From the NCBI GenBank assembly GCA_965250185.1, contig OZ252293.1, forward strand, positions 2,247,862 to 2,311,861: a stretch of DNA of 64,000 nt, in the 5' to 3' direction. This document shows, one piece after another, positions 28,875 through 37,679 of the stretch. A program made the translations under genes and the position numbers. The notes beneath the pieces are model-generated. The model was not told the DNA's origin. It made no database searches and saw only the letters and a program-made list of their open reading frames with translations. Origin of the DNA: Vicinamibacterales bacterium (GTDB lineage: Bacteria > Acidobacteriota > Vicinamibacteria > Vicinamibacterales > G965250185). Within the stretch, counting starts at the first letter, position 1. Each line of letters begins with the position of its first letter.

Positions 28875-29825
28875 TCAGCTCGCTTTGCGTTGTGCGGGCG
28901 GCGTGTCGCGGAGTTCGCCGATCAGTGCGTCCAGAACGCTCGCCGCCTCTTCGTTGGCGATCTGACAGGTGCCGGCCGCCTGATGGCCGCCACCGCCTCG
29001 GGCCAGCATGCGTCGACCGATGTCGATCGTCGACGACCGGTTGAAGATGGACCGTCCGACCGCGAACACCGTGTTCAGGCGCTCGCGACCCCAGATCGCG
29101 TGGATCGAGATGTTTACCTGGGGCTGCAGGGCGTAGACCATGAAGCGGTTACCGGCGAAGATCGTGGTTTCCTGGCGCAGGTCGACCACCCCGACGTTGC
29201 CGTAGCGTGTGGTGCAGCGGCTGAGCTGCCCGATGAACTGGTCGTGGTGCTCGAAGTAGAGCTCGACCCGCTCGTCGATGTCCGGCAGCTGGAGGATCTC
29301 CTCGATCGGATGGTTTCGGCAGTGGTCGATCAGCCGCATCATCAGGTCGTAGTTCGAGATCCTGAAGTCGCGAAAGCGACCCAGTCCGGTGCGCGCGTCC
29401 ATCAGGAAGCTCAACAGTTCCCAGCCTGACGGCAGGAGGACGTCCTCCAGCGTGTACCGCGCCGAGTCGGCCTTATCGACGGCCGCGAGCATGGCCTGGG
29501 ACACGTTTGGTAGGCGCTCCCGCCCTCCGAAGTAGCGGTAGAGCACGCGACTCGCGGAGTCGGCGTCGGGATCGATGATGTGATTCGGATGCGAATTCGC
29601 GACCCGGAGCATCTCGCTGTGGTGATGGTCGAACGCGAGGTGTGCCGTCTCGACGAACGGCAGATTGGTCGTGATGTCGCCGGGTCCGATGTCGACCTTG
29701 CCATCCTGGACATCCTTCGGATGCACGAAGGTGACGTCGTCGATGAGATCGAGATTCTTCAAAATGACCGCGCAGACGAGGCCGTCCATGTCGCTGCGAG
29801 TGATGAGCCGATACTTCGTTGCCAT
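28875..29825 (-). CDS. DHH-superfamily phosphoesterase-like protein
   Basis: N-terminal RSDMDGLVCAVIL (DxD-type) and AFDHHHSE (DHH) motifs. GGGGAGA upstream of ATG 29825. Confidence 0.75.
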   Translation of the reverse strand: MATKYRLITRSDMDGLVCAVILKNLDLIDDVTFVHPKDVQDGKVDIGPGDITTNLPFVETAHLAFDHHHSEMLRVANSHPNHIIDPDADSASRVLYRYFGGRERLPNVSQAMLAAVDKADSARYTLEDVLLPSGWELLSFLMDARTGLGRFRDFRISNYDLMMRLIDHCRNHPIEEILQLPDIDERVELYFEHHDQFIGQLSRCTTRYGNVGVVDLRQETTIFAGNRFMVYALQPQVNISIHAIWGRERLNTVFAVGRSIFNRSSTIDIGRRMLARGGGGHQAAGTCQIANEEAASVLDALIGELRDTPPAQRKAS

Positions 29826-30110
29826 TGAATCTCCCCGGTTGATCGTCGAGCGGCTGGCGGCCGGGAACGACCGGCGCCCGCCGTCAGATGTCACTGGGCA
29901 CGGACCCACGCACCCGTCTAGCCTTATCGGCCGGATCGGTCTCCTCTATTAGGCCGATCACGCGTGACCTAGCCTGTCACCCCGCTCGCCTACCCTGTCC
30001 TGAGGCCGGGGCGTCGTCCGGCGGGGCGCGGCCTACCGCGTAGCGGGGTCGCCCGGGTGGGCCTCGGCAGATGGCTGGCAGATGGCTGTCAGCGGGAAGG
30101 ATGTGGGGGG

Positions 30111-30641
30111 ATGCAGTCGATCGAGCGTGGTCAAGGGCCTGAACTGTCGGCTCTGGAGCAACCATCCAAGCAATCGGCGGAGCCGACGGGGCCAGTGCAG
30201 GCCCGGCTGGACCTGGGACGGCTGGGTCTGGTCGTCTCGGGCCGTCCGGCTCGGAGAGGCCACGTCCCCGCCACGTCACGGTGCGATACCACCCGACGGA
30301 CCCGGTTCGACCCTCCCGGAGTGCCCAGCCTACCCGGCGTGCCCGGCGTGGCTGGTGTGACGACGCGGTGCGCGGCCTGCCGGCAGGGTCAGGCTCGACA
30401 CCGGTATCGCGGCATCGTCCAGGCCGACGATGCGGATGTGCTGTGCTACCGGTGCTACCGGATGGAGGTGGCGCGACACCGGGCCGCGCTCGGCGCCCTG
30501 CGTCTCGTGGCGGCTGCGGCACGGTCCTCGTCGAGCCGACGCCTGGTCAGTGGCGGGGAAGGAGCGGAGAGCGGAGGCCGGGGCCGACGCCTGGCGTCGC
30601 GATCGGGTGAGCCCCACAGGGCGCCGGTCTGGGTGGACTGA
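30111..30641 (+). CDS. hypothetical protein with CxxC...CxxC zinc-ribbon-like motif (weak call)
   Basis: ATG after gggaaggatgtgggggg. RCAACRQG...VLCYRCYRME. Third-position G/C enrichment is present but lower than in neighbouring genes. Arg-rich. Confidence 0.3.
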   Translation: MQSIERGQGPELSALEQPSKQSAEPTGPVQARLDLGRLGLVVSGRPARRGHVPATSRCDTTRRTRFDPPGVPSLPGVPGVAGVTTRCAACRQGQARHRYRGIVQADDADVLCYRCYRMEVARHRAALGALRLVAAAARSSSSRRLVSGGEGAESGGRGRRLASRSGEPHRAPVWVD

Positions 30642-30705
30642 GGTCCACTGCGATACACTGCGGCGACCTCCGGGCCACGATCACTGCCCCGGGGGCCCCA
30701 CGCCG

Positions 30706-31062
30706 ATGCGCTGCTTCACCCATCACGACATCGAGGCCGTGGCCGTCTGCAAGAGTTGCGGTCGCGGCCTCTGCCCGTCCTGCGCCGTCGAGGTCGATCC
30801 CGGCATCGCCTGCCGCGATCGGTGCGAGGAGGAGGTGCGCTCGCTCAACCGCGTGATCGCACGAAACAAGACCGCGTACGAGAAGACCAGCGGCGCCTAC
30901 AGACGGGTCGCCTCGTTCTATGCCCTCGTCGGCGGCGGCTTCCTGTTCGGCGGCGTCCTCGACTGGCGCGGTTTCTCGTGGGTGCTGCTGCCCGCCAGCC
31001 TCATCTTCTTCTTCTCCGCCTACGTGCACTACTCGACCGGCCGACGCTTCGAGCGCGAGTAG
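30706..31062 (+). CDS. B-box-like zinc-finger membrane protein
   Basis: MRCFTHHDIEAVAVCKSCGRGLCPSCAVEVDPGIACRDRC, then two hydrophobic helices. Confidence 0.6.
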   Translation: MRCFTHHDIEAVAVCKSCGRGLCPSCAVEVDPGIACRDRCEEEVRSLNRVIARNKTAYEKTSGAYRRVASFYALVGGGFLFGGVLDWRGFSWVLLPASLIFFFSAYVHYSTGRRFERE

Positions 31063-31065
31063 CCC

Positions 31066-31815
31066 TCAGAAAACGTACGAGATGGCCATCACGATCGCGA
31101 TGTCGTTCTTCTTGATGTCCGGCGTTGGCGGCGCGTTTTTGAAGCTGTCGAGGAACTCGATGCTGAGCTGGCTGCGCGCCGTGATGGCCGTCACGAGCCC
31201 CGCCCTGAAGGTATAGAGTCCGTCGTTGAAGTCGTTCATCTTCCACAGCGCCGAGACCGATTGCGTGACCGAGGACGTCTCGGACAGCTGCAGATCGAAC
31301 CGCTCGCCGGCCGTCACGGCACCGCTCGTGAGCAGTTCGAACCCCGGATTCCTCTCCCACACGACGCCGACGCCGCCGTCCACCGACAGCAGCGCGACGT
31401 CGGTCATGTAGAGCTTGTGGCCGACCCCTGCCGTCGGGGCGAGGAGGTAGTCGATCGACTTGAAGGTGTCGCGTAGGTAGTCGATCTGCCCGAAGAAGAA
31501 CGTGCGTTCGGAGTAGGAGTACTCGTCCCGAAAGGCGAACGCCGAACGGTTGACGATCGTCTCACCGTCATTCGAGCCCCGCAGGTAGAGTCCATCGGCC
31601 CTGATGATGTTCTTCGTGGAGGGGTCCCGAACCAGCTCGAACCCCAGATTGAAGTTGCTGGTGTCGGCGTTTCCGCTGGTCAGTGCAAGTCCGGCGCCGA
31701 CCTTCCCCTGCCAGAGCGGCGTCGCTTCGGCCGGGGCCTCCTGGGCGAGGGCGGGTTCCACCAGACCACCGAACGAAAGAACCGACAGGACGGCGAAACG
31801 GGCGAGTGATCCCAT
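31066..31815 (-). CDS. DUF481-like outer-membrane beta-barrel protein
   Basis: Signal MGSLARFAVLSVLSFGGLVEPALA, alternating beta-strand pattern, C-terminal ...AISYVF. Confidence 0.8.
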   Translation of the reverse strand: MGSLARFAVLSVLSFGGLVEPALAQEAPAEATPLWQGKVGAGLALTSGNADTSNFNLGFELVRDPSTKNIIRADGLYLRGSNDGETIVNRSAFAFRDEYSYSERTFFFGQIDYLRDTFKSIDYLLAPTAGVGHKLYMTDVALLSVDGGVGVVWERNPGFELLTSGAVTAGERFDLQLSETSSVTQSVSALWKMNDFNDGLYTFRAGLVTAITARSQLSIEFLDSFKNAPPTPDIKKNDIAIVMAISYVF

Positions 31816-32073
31816 GAGGCCATTATCCTTGTGAGCCGCATCTCCGCGCGCAACCCTCCCCGTCGTGCGGGTCCAGTCACGACGCCGGCGGCTGGTGTAT
31901 GTGGACCCGAGCGGGTAGACGAAGGTCACACGCGCCCGGTAGTGGCACCCTAGATCAACTTTCGGGGCGGCGCTCTCGTCCAATCACTCAGACATTCGAC
32001 TGGGACGCGCTCGGCCTCGGACGACCCGCGTGTCCGCGGCCGAGACGGAGGGATGAGTACGGGGGGATGAGTC

Positions 32074-32970
32074 ATGAACAGGAACATGTTGCGGCACTCG
32101 ATTAGCCGGGTCGTCGTCGGAGCGGCGATTCTCGGCCTGATCCCGGCGATGCTGCCGGCGGCGGCGATGGCACAGACCGAGGGCTCCTTCGAGCGCACGC
32201 TCCAGGTGGACGGGCCGGTGGACCTGGACGTCGCCACTGGCTCAGGGGACATCACGATTCGAGCCGGCGGTGACGGTGAGGTGCAGATCACGGGTCGGAT
32301 GCGCCCTAGCTCCGACTGGCGCCGGGACACCGAGCAGGTCGCGGAGACCATCCGCGCCCTCGAGCAGGACCCGCCGATCGAGCAGACGGGCAACACGATT
32401 CGGGTCGGCCACATCGACGACCGGGACCGTCGCGAGGGGCTTCGGATCAGCTACGAGATCACGGTTCCGACCCAGACCCGCGCCGAGTCGCACACCGGAG
32501 CCGGCAGCCAGACAATCGCCGGCATCGCCGGCCCGCTCGACGCCGGCGCTGGGTCCGGCAGCCTGGAGCTCACGGACATCGGAGGCGACGTCGAAGCCAA
32601 CGCCGGCTCCGGGACCGTGACGATCGACGGGGTCGAGGGCGACGTCGAGGCACGCACCGGTTCCGGCTCGATCCGGATCGACGGCCTCACAGGCGGCCTG
32701 GACGCCCGAACCGGAAGCGGCAGCATCACCGTCGAGGGGGTGCCCGTCCGCGAATGGTCGCTGCGTGCTGGCTCCGGCACTCTGACAGTCGACATTCCGG
32801 ACGACACGGCGTTCGATCTGCGTGCCAGGACGAACTCCGGCGGGATCGACTCCGATCATCCGATCACCGTGCAGGGTCGCATGGGTCGCCGCACGTTGGC
32901 GGGCAGCGTACGTGGTGGCGGCGTGCTCCTGGACCTGTCCACCGGCTCGGGCAGCATCCGGATACGGTAA
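32074..32970 (+). CDS. DUF4097-type beta-strand repeat protein (putative adhesin fold)
   Basis: Signal peptide. Many G[ST]GS[IL]x[IV] repeats (TGSGSIRIDG, TGSGSITVEG, GSGSLELTD). Confidence 0.8.
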   Translation: MNRNMLRHSISRVVVGAAILGLIPAMLPAAAMAQTEGSFERTLQVDGPVDLDVATGSGDITIRAGGDGEVQITGRMRPSSDWRRDTEQVAETIRALEQDPPIEQTGNTIRVGHIDDRDRREGLRISYEITVPTQTRAESHTGAGSQTIAGIAGPLDAGAGSGSLELTDIGGDVEANAGSGTVTIDGVEGDVEARTGSGSIRIDGLTGGLDARTGSGSITVEGVPVREWSLRAGSGTLTVDIPDDTAFDLRARTNSGGIDSDHPITVQGRMGRRTLAGSVRGGGVLLDLSTGSGSIRIR

Positions 32971-32973
32971 GAC

Positions 32974-33041
32974 GGGCGGGGGCCAGGGGCCCGGGGCCGG
33001 GGACCGGGGATCGGGGCTGGTCGGCCGGGGGTCGGGGCCCC
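32974..33041. repeat. G-run array (CGGGGNC-like heptamers)
   Basis: gggcgggggccaggggcccggggccggggaccggggatcggggctggtcggccgggggtcggggcccc. Confidence 0.85.
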
Positions 33042-33080
33042 GTCGCGTGGTCCAGCCCTACGGATGTGTACGCGACAGGA

Positions 33081-33160
33081 CGTAGGGCACGAGCTTCAGC
33101 CGAGCGGTTCGTCCGTGGGGTCGCGTAGCGCGAGGCTTTCAGCCGAGCGGCTCTCCCGTA
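33081..33160 (+). repeat. REP-like element, two tandem half-copies (CGTAG..GCTTCAGCCGAGCGG)
   Basis: cgtagggcacgagcttcagccgagcggttc...cgcgtagcgcgaggctttcagccgagcggctc. Same motif as 37591, 39141 and 57055. Confidence 0.8.
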
Positions 33161-33239
33161 CAAACGACGGGCCGGGCTCCCGGAGAGATATCCCCCGCGG
33201 CGCCCGGCCCGTTCGACCGTCCCTCCTTTGTCTCGTCGA

Positions 33240-35045
33240 CTACTGAATCAGCACGTTCGCGGTCGCCAGCTTCTCGCCGACCTCGAACAGGTTCCCCCAG
33301 ACGATGTTGCGTGCGTCACCCCAGACGATGTGGTTTGCCCACGCATCGATGTTCTGGTAGACCGTGTCGCCCCACACGATGTGGTCGCCCCACACGATGT
33401 GCTGCGCCCAGGTGTACGTCTGGCCGTTGAGCGCCGTGCTCGGGTTCACCGGCCCAGTCAGCCACCACTGGTCGGCCGGCGCCGACGGGTCGATGGCGCG
33501 TGCCAGCTCGATCGCGCCAACCGGATTGAGCGTCCCCGTGCCCTGCGTCAGCGCGTCGTGCGGCACACCCTGCGCGTCGGACAGCGGAATGGCGCTGAAC
33601 TGCAGGATCGCCTTGACCGCGTTCGGCGTCAGATTGCGGTTAGCTTCGAGCAGCAGCGCCACCGCGCCGCTCGTCACGCCCGTGGCCATGCTCGACCCAC
33701 TCAGCACCAGGTAGTCGTGCCCGCCCGTGCCCTTCACACTGGTCGCGATTCCCGCCAGGTAGCTCGACTCCTGCGTCTCGGACGGCAGCCGATGGCCAGG
33801 CGCCACGAGATCCGGCTTCGCGAACCCGTCGTACCATGTCGGCCCGCGCGAGCTGTATGCCGCCACATGGTCGTCGGTCAGCTGGGTCGTCCCCTTCGTG
33901 TCGACCGAGCCCACCGTGATCGCCGACGGCGCGTTGCCCGGCGACGTCAGGCCGGCGTAGCCGACCTCGCCCGTCTCCGGGTTCTGACCGATGTTCCCCG
34001 CCGAGGCCACCACGACGATCCCCGCCCGCACAGCCGCCTCGACCGCCTGCACCAGTGGGTCCGATGCCGCCGGCTCGAAGATCGGATGCCCCAGGGACAG
34101 GTTGATGACGTCGATCCCGAGTGCGGCTCGATTCTCGACCGCGAACTCGACCGCCGCGATCACGTCGCTCGTCCGGCCCGACCCGTTCTCCTTGAGCACC
34201 CGCAGGCTGATCAGCCGTGCGTCCTCGGCCATCCCGCGATACTTGCCTCGCGAGTGGTCGCCGCTGCCTGCGATCAGACCAGCCACGTGCGTCCCGTGGC
34301 CGTAGGCGTCGCTCGGGCTCACGGCCACCGGCCCGCCCGGCACCGTGAAGTCGTAGGCATGTGTCAGGTTGAAGGCTGACGAATCTCCCACGATGCCAGA
34401 GTCGATCACCGCGACCCCGATCCCCTGGCCACTGCCCATCGCCGACGTCAGCCCGAAGATCTCCCGCAGCCGCAGGTCACTCGAGCTCGTCGATGTCGAG
34501 CCAGACGACGAGCCGCCGCGCTTCTTCTTCCGCGCGGCCGTGACCTTGGCGTCGATGGACATCGACTCGATGTTCGGATCTGCCGCCAGCGCCGCCAGGT
34601 CGTCCGCGTGGACGTTCACCGTGACGGCATCGAGCAGCGCGTGCTCCGTCTGCACCACGCCGTCCCGGGCCGCCACTGCATCGACGACGCCGGCCATGTT
34701 GGCCTCGGAGGCCTGGATGATCACCTTCACCGACCGGCGCGTCGCGGTCGTCTGCGCGAGCTCTGTCACCAGGGCTTCGTCCAGCTTCGCCAACTGGGTA
34801 GCATTCAAGTCGGACACCGTCGGCTGAGTCGTCGTCGTCTGGGTCGTCTGGGTCGACGTGCCCTTCTTCTCCTTCTTCTTCTTCTTCGCTTCCCCGACCG
34901 TCGGGGTCAGCAGCAGACCAATCGTCAGGAGCGCGGCCAGGCCGCGTCGCCAGTTGGGAGTCATCCTGTCCAGTCCCTTCGTCATTGTTCGCTCCGTCGC
35001 GTTCAAACTTGGCTTCGTCGTCATGTCGTTTATGTTGGATGTCAT
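33240..35045 (-). CDS. S8 family serine peptidase (subtilase) with C-terminal xVWGD repeats
   Basis: Catalytic D (VAVIDSGI), H (HGTHVAG), S (SGSSMATG). AGGAGG 5 nt upstream of ATG 35045. C-terminus HIVWGDHIVWGD...HIVWGDARNIVWGN. Confidence 0.9.
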   Translation of the reverse strand: MTSNINDMTTKPSLNATERTMTKGLDRMTPNWRRGLAALLTIGLLLTPTVGEAKKKKKEKKGTSTQTTQTTTTQPTVSDLNATQLAKLDEALVTELAQTTATRRSVKVIIQASEANMAGVVDAVAARDGVVQTEHALLDAVTVNVHADDLAALAADPNIESMSIDAKVTAARKKKRGGSSSGSTSTSSSDLRLREIFGLTSAMGSGQGIGVAVIDSGIVGDSSAFNLTHAYDFTVPGGPVAVSPSDAYGHGTHVAGLIAGSGDHSRGKYRGMAEDARLISLRVLKENGSGRTSDVIAAVEFAVENRAALGIDVINLSLGHPIFEPAASDPLVQAVEAAVRAGIVVVASAGNIGQNPETGEVGYAGLTSPGNAPSAITVGSVDTKGTTQLTDDHVAAYSSRGPTWYDGFAKPDLVAPGHRLPSETQESSYLAGIATSVKGTGGHDYLVLSGSSMATGVTSGAVALLLEANRNLTPNAVKAILQFSAIPLSDAQGVPHDALTQGTGTLNPVGAIELARAIDPSAPADQWWLTGPVNPSTALNGQTYTWAQHIVWGDHIVWGDTVYQNIDAWANHIVWGDARNIVWGNLFEVGEKLATANVLIQ

Positions 35046-35054
35046 GACGGCCTC

Positions 35055-37050
35055 CTAGTACTGGACGTGAGTCGCGCCGGCGTCACCACTCAGCTCGCCC
35101 CACACCAATCGGTCCGCATCCGTGACCTCGCCCCACACGAGCCGGTCACCCCAGATCACGCGATCGCCGTCCACGTAGCCGACCAGGCTGCTGCCCCAGA
35201 CGATGCGGTCGCCCCAGACCAGCCGGTTGCTCATCACGAGGCTCTCGCCCCACATGATCCGGTCGCCCCACACGAGGCGGTCGCCCCAGATGACCCGCTG
35301 GTCGAACGCCGGGTCGTTGACGTAGATCTGGTCGCCCCAGACCAGCCGGTCGCCCCACACGAGGCGCCGCGCCCAGGCCTGCACCTCGCCGCCGATCACG
35401 CTCGTCTCGAGCGTCATCTCGGTGCGCCACACCTCGCCCTCGGGCACGCGTGGGTCGAGCGTCATCGCCAGGGCGATCGCCCCGTCGGCATTGACGGCCC
35501 CGGCACCCTGCGTCAGCTCGTCGTAGCCCGGCAACTCGGTCGCCGTGTACTGCAGGATCGCCTTGACGGCGTTGGGTGACAGCGGCGGGTCCACCCGGTA
35601 CTGCTTGTCCACCTCGACGCCGAAGGCCTGGGCATTGGCGTCGAGGATCAGGGCCACCACCCCGCTCGTCACCGCCGCCGCCATGCTCGTCCCGCTCAAC
35701 TTCAGATACTGCTGGTTCCCCAAGCCGAACATGACGTCGAGTTGCAGGTTCGGGTTCTGCAGAAACAGCGAGCTCGCCTCGCTTCAGGGCATAGAGCTGC
35801 GTCCCGGGCGCCACCACGTCCGGCTTGGCGTAGGCGTCATACCAGGTCGGCCCCCGCGAGCTGAACGCCGGCACGACGTCGTCGCTCCGGCTGGCCGTGC
35901 CCATGATGTCCACCGCCCCGACCGTGATGGCCGACGGCGCATTGCCCGGCGACGTGATGCCGGCATAGCCGACCTCGTCGGTGTCCGGGTTCTGGCCGAT
36001 GTTGCCGGCCGAGACCACCACCACCAGCCCGGCCCGCACGGCCGCCTCGACGGCCTGCACGAGTGGGTCGGTCGCCGCCGGCTCCATGATCGGATGCCCC
36101 AGCGAGAGGTTGAGAATGTCGAGGTCGAAGTGGTCCTTGTTCGCCACGGCGAACTCGATGGCCCGGATGACATCGCTCGTGCGGCCTTCGCCGTGGGCGT
36201 CCAGGACCTTGAAGCCGTACAGCTTCACGTCCGGCGCCACGCCGCGGAACTCGCCCATCGACGAGCGGGCCGCGTTGGCGATCAGGGCCGCGACGTGCGT
36301 CCCGTGCCCGTAGTCATCGTAGGGGGCGGTCGCCACCGGGGTGTCGCCCTGCGTGAAGTCGTAGAAGCCATGGACCCGCCGGAGGTCCTGCTTGTCGAAC
36401 TCGAGCCCCGAGTCGATCACCGCCACCCGGATGTTGCCCTGCCCATCGAACATGGCGAGCTCATCGTCGAGCCCGAGGGCGGTCAGCATCAGGTTCGAGT
36501 CGACGATCCCGAGGCTCGCGAAGTCGATTGCGTCGGGGCTCGGCTCCGGAGCAAATGGCGCCCCGAGGTTGGTCCCGTCGTTGTTGTTGATGGTGCCGGA
36601 GGGCGTGGTGTCCGTGTTCTTGTTCTTGCCCTTGGCTTTGCCCTTGCTCTGGCCGGCGGCCCGGACGATCGCATCGGCCGAGACGCGCATCACGTCGGGA
36701 TGCGCGGCCAGCCCGGCCAGGTCGTCACCGTGAACGACGGCGCTCAGGGCGCCGATCGATGCATGGTTGCCCTTGACCACATTGCCGTGCGCCTCGAGCT
36801 CGGTCTTCAAGGCCTGGCGCCGACCCGACTTGGTCGTGATGATCACGCGCTGGGCCTGCGTCTCGTGGTTGGCGACCTTGGCCCGTAGCCGCGTGTCGAG
36901 CTTCGTCAGGTCACGCTCGACGACCGGGGCCGAAGCCTCGGTGGCGGGGCGAGCCGGCGCCTTGGCCTTCTTTTTCTTGGCCTCGGCGGGCAGGCCCACC
37001 AGGCCGGTCATCAGTCCGACGACGACGACGTGTCGAATCAGTTGGTACAT
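35055..37050 (-). pseudogene. S8 family serine peptidase paralog, frame broken near 35781-35786 (or sequencing error)
   Basis: D (VAVIDSGL) and H (HGTHVAA) are in ORF 35146..37050. The catalytic-Ser part (SGTSMAAAVTSG) and 11 xVWGD-type repeats are in ORF 35055..35732, in the +1 frame. The junction APGTQLYALK / SEASSLFLQNPN aligns with the paralog. Confidence 0.75.
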
Positions 37051-37482
37051 CTCTCGTTTCCCTCTCTACTTCGCGACCGGACCCGTTCATGTCTGGCCGC
37101 GAATTACGGTCGGGTGATAGTCGCTTCACCCGTCGCCTGCCGTAGAGCACGAGGGATGCCAGATGGGTCGATATCTCATAAGGCATTGATATGAGACCAC
37201 TTACCGGAATTCGCAGTGCCGCTGATCGGGCCTGGCTCGTCGCGATGTGCCTCGTTGCTGGGCACCTGCTGGCCCGGGCCACGCGCGGGGCGCGGATTGT
37301 GGAGAGATTCAGGGAATCAGCCGGTGCCTCATCGTGGGACACGGGGCGGCGGAACGAGGCACGCGCGGCTAGCGCGGGACGAGCGAGAGTCGCGTCGAGC
37401 AACGAAAATCGAAAATCAGTACGCAGATTCGTGCAGCGGTGTGCGGTTTTTGCAGGGCGGTGCACGATGAATGGCACCGCTT

Positions 37483-37603
37483 CTTACGTCGCGCGACGGA
37501 TGACACGCGTCGTACGTAGCGCGACGGGGACAGTGCGTCGTACGTAGCGCGACGGTGACCGTCGTACGTAGCGCGACGGTCACCGTCGTACGTAGCGCGA
37601 TGG
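37483..37603. repeat. tandem palindromic units (CCGTCGTACGTAGCGCGACGG, ~24-nt period, 4-5 copies)
   Basis: cgtcgtacgtagcgcgacgg recurs at about 37508, 37535, 37559 and 37583. Each unit has a 6-bp stem CCGTCG/CGACGG. Confidence 0.85.
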
Positions 37604-37665
37604 CTTCAGCCGAGTGGATCTCGCACCAGTGTGACTCTGGCGCTTGGCTGAAGCCGCGCGCTACG
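37591..37665 (+). repeat. REP-like palindromic element (full copy)
   Basis: cgtagcgcgatggcttcagccgagtggatctcgcaccagtgtgactctggcgcttggctgaagccgcgcgctacg. Termini CGTAGCGCG/CGCGCTACG and inner GGCTTCAGCC/GGCTGAAGCC are inverted repeats. Confidence 0.85.
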
Positions 37666-37679
37666 GATTCGAGGGAAGT

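Noticed and set aside
30290-30335. GGTTCGACCCTCCCGG resembling a tRNA/tmRNA 3' end.
   Set aside because: The stem is only 4 bp with a 10-nt loop. There is no CCA-proximal acceptor pairing and no tag-peptide reading frame or other tmRNA/RNase P consensus blocks nearby.
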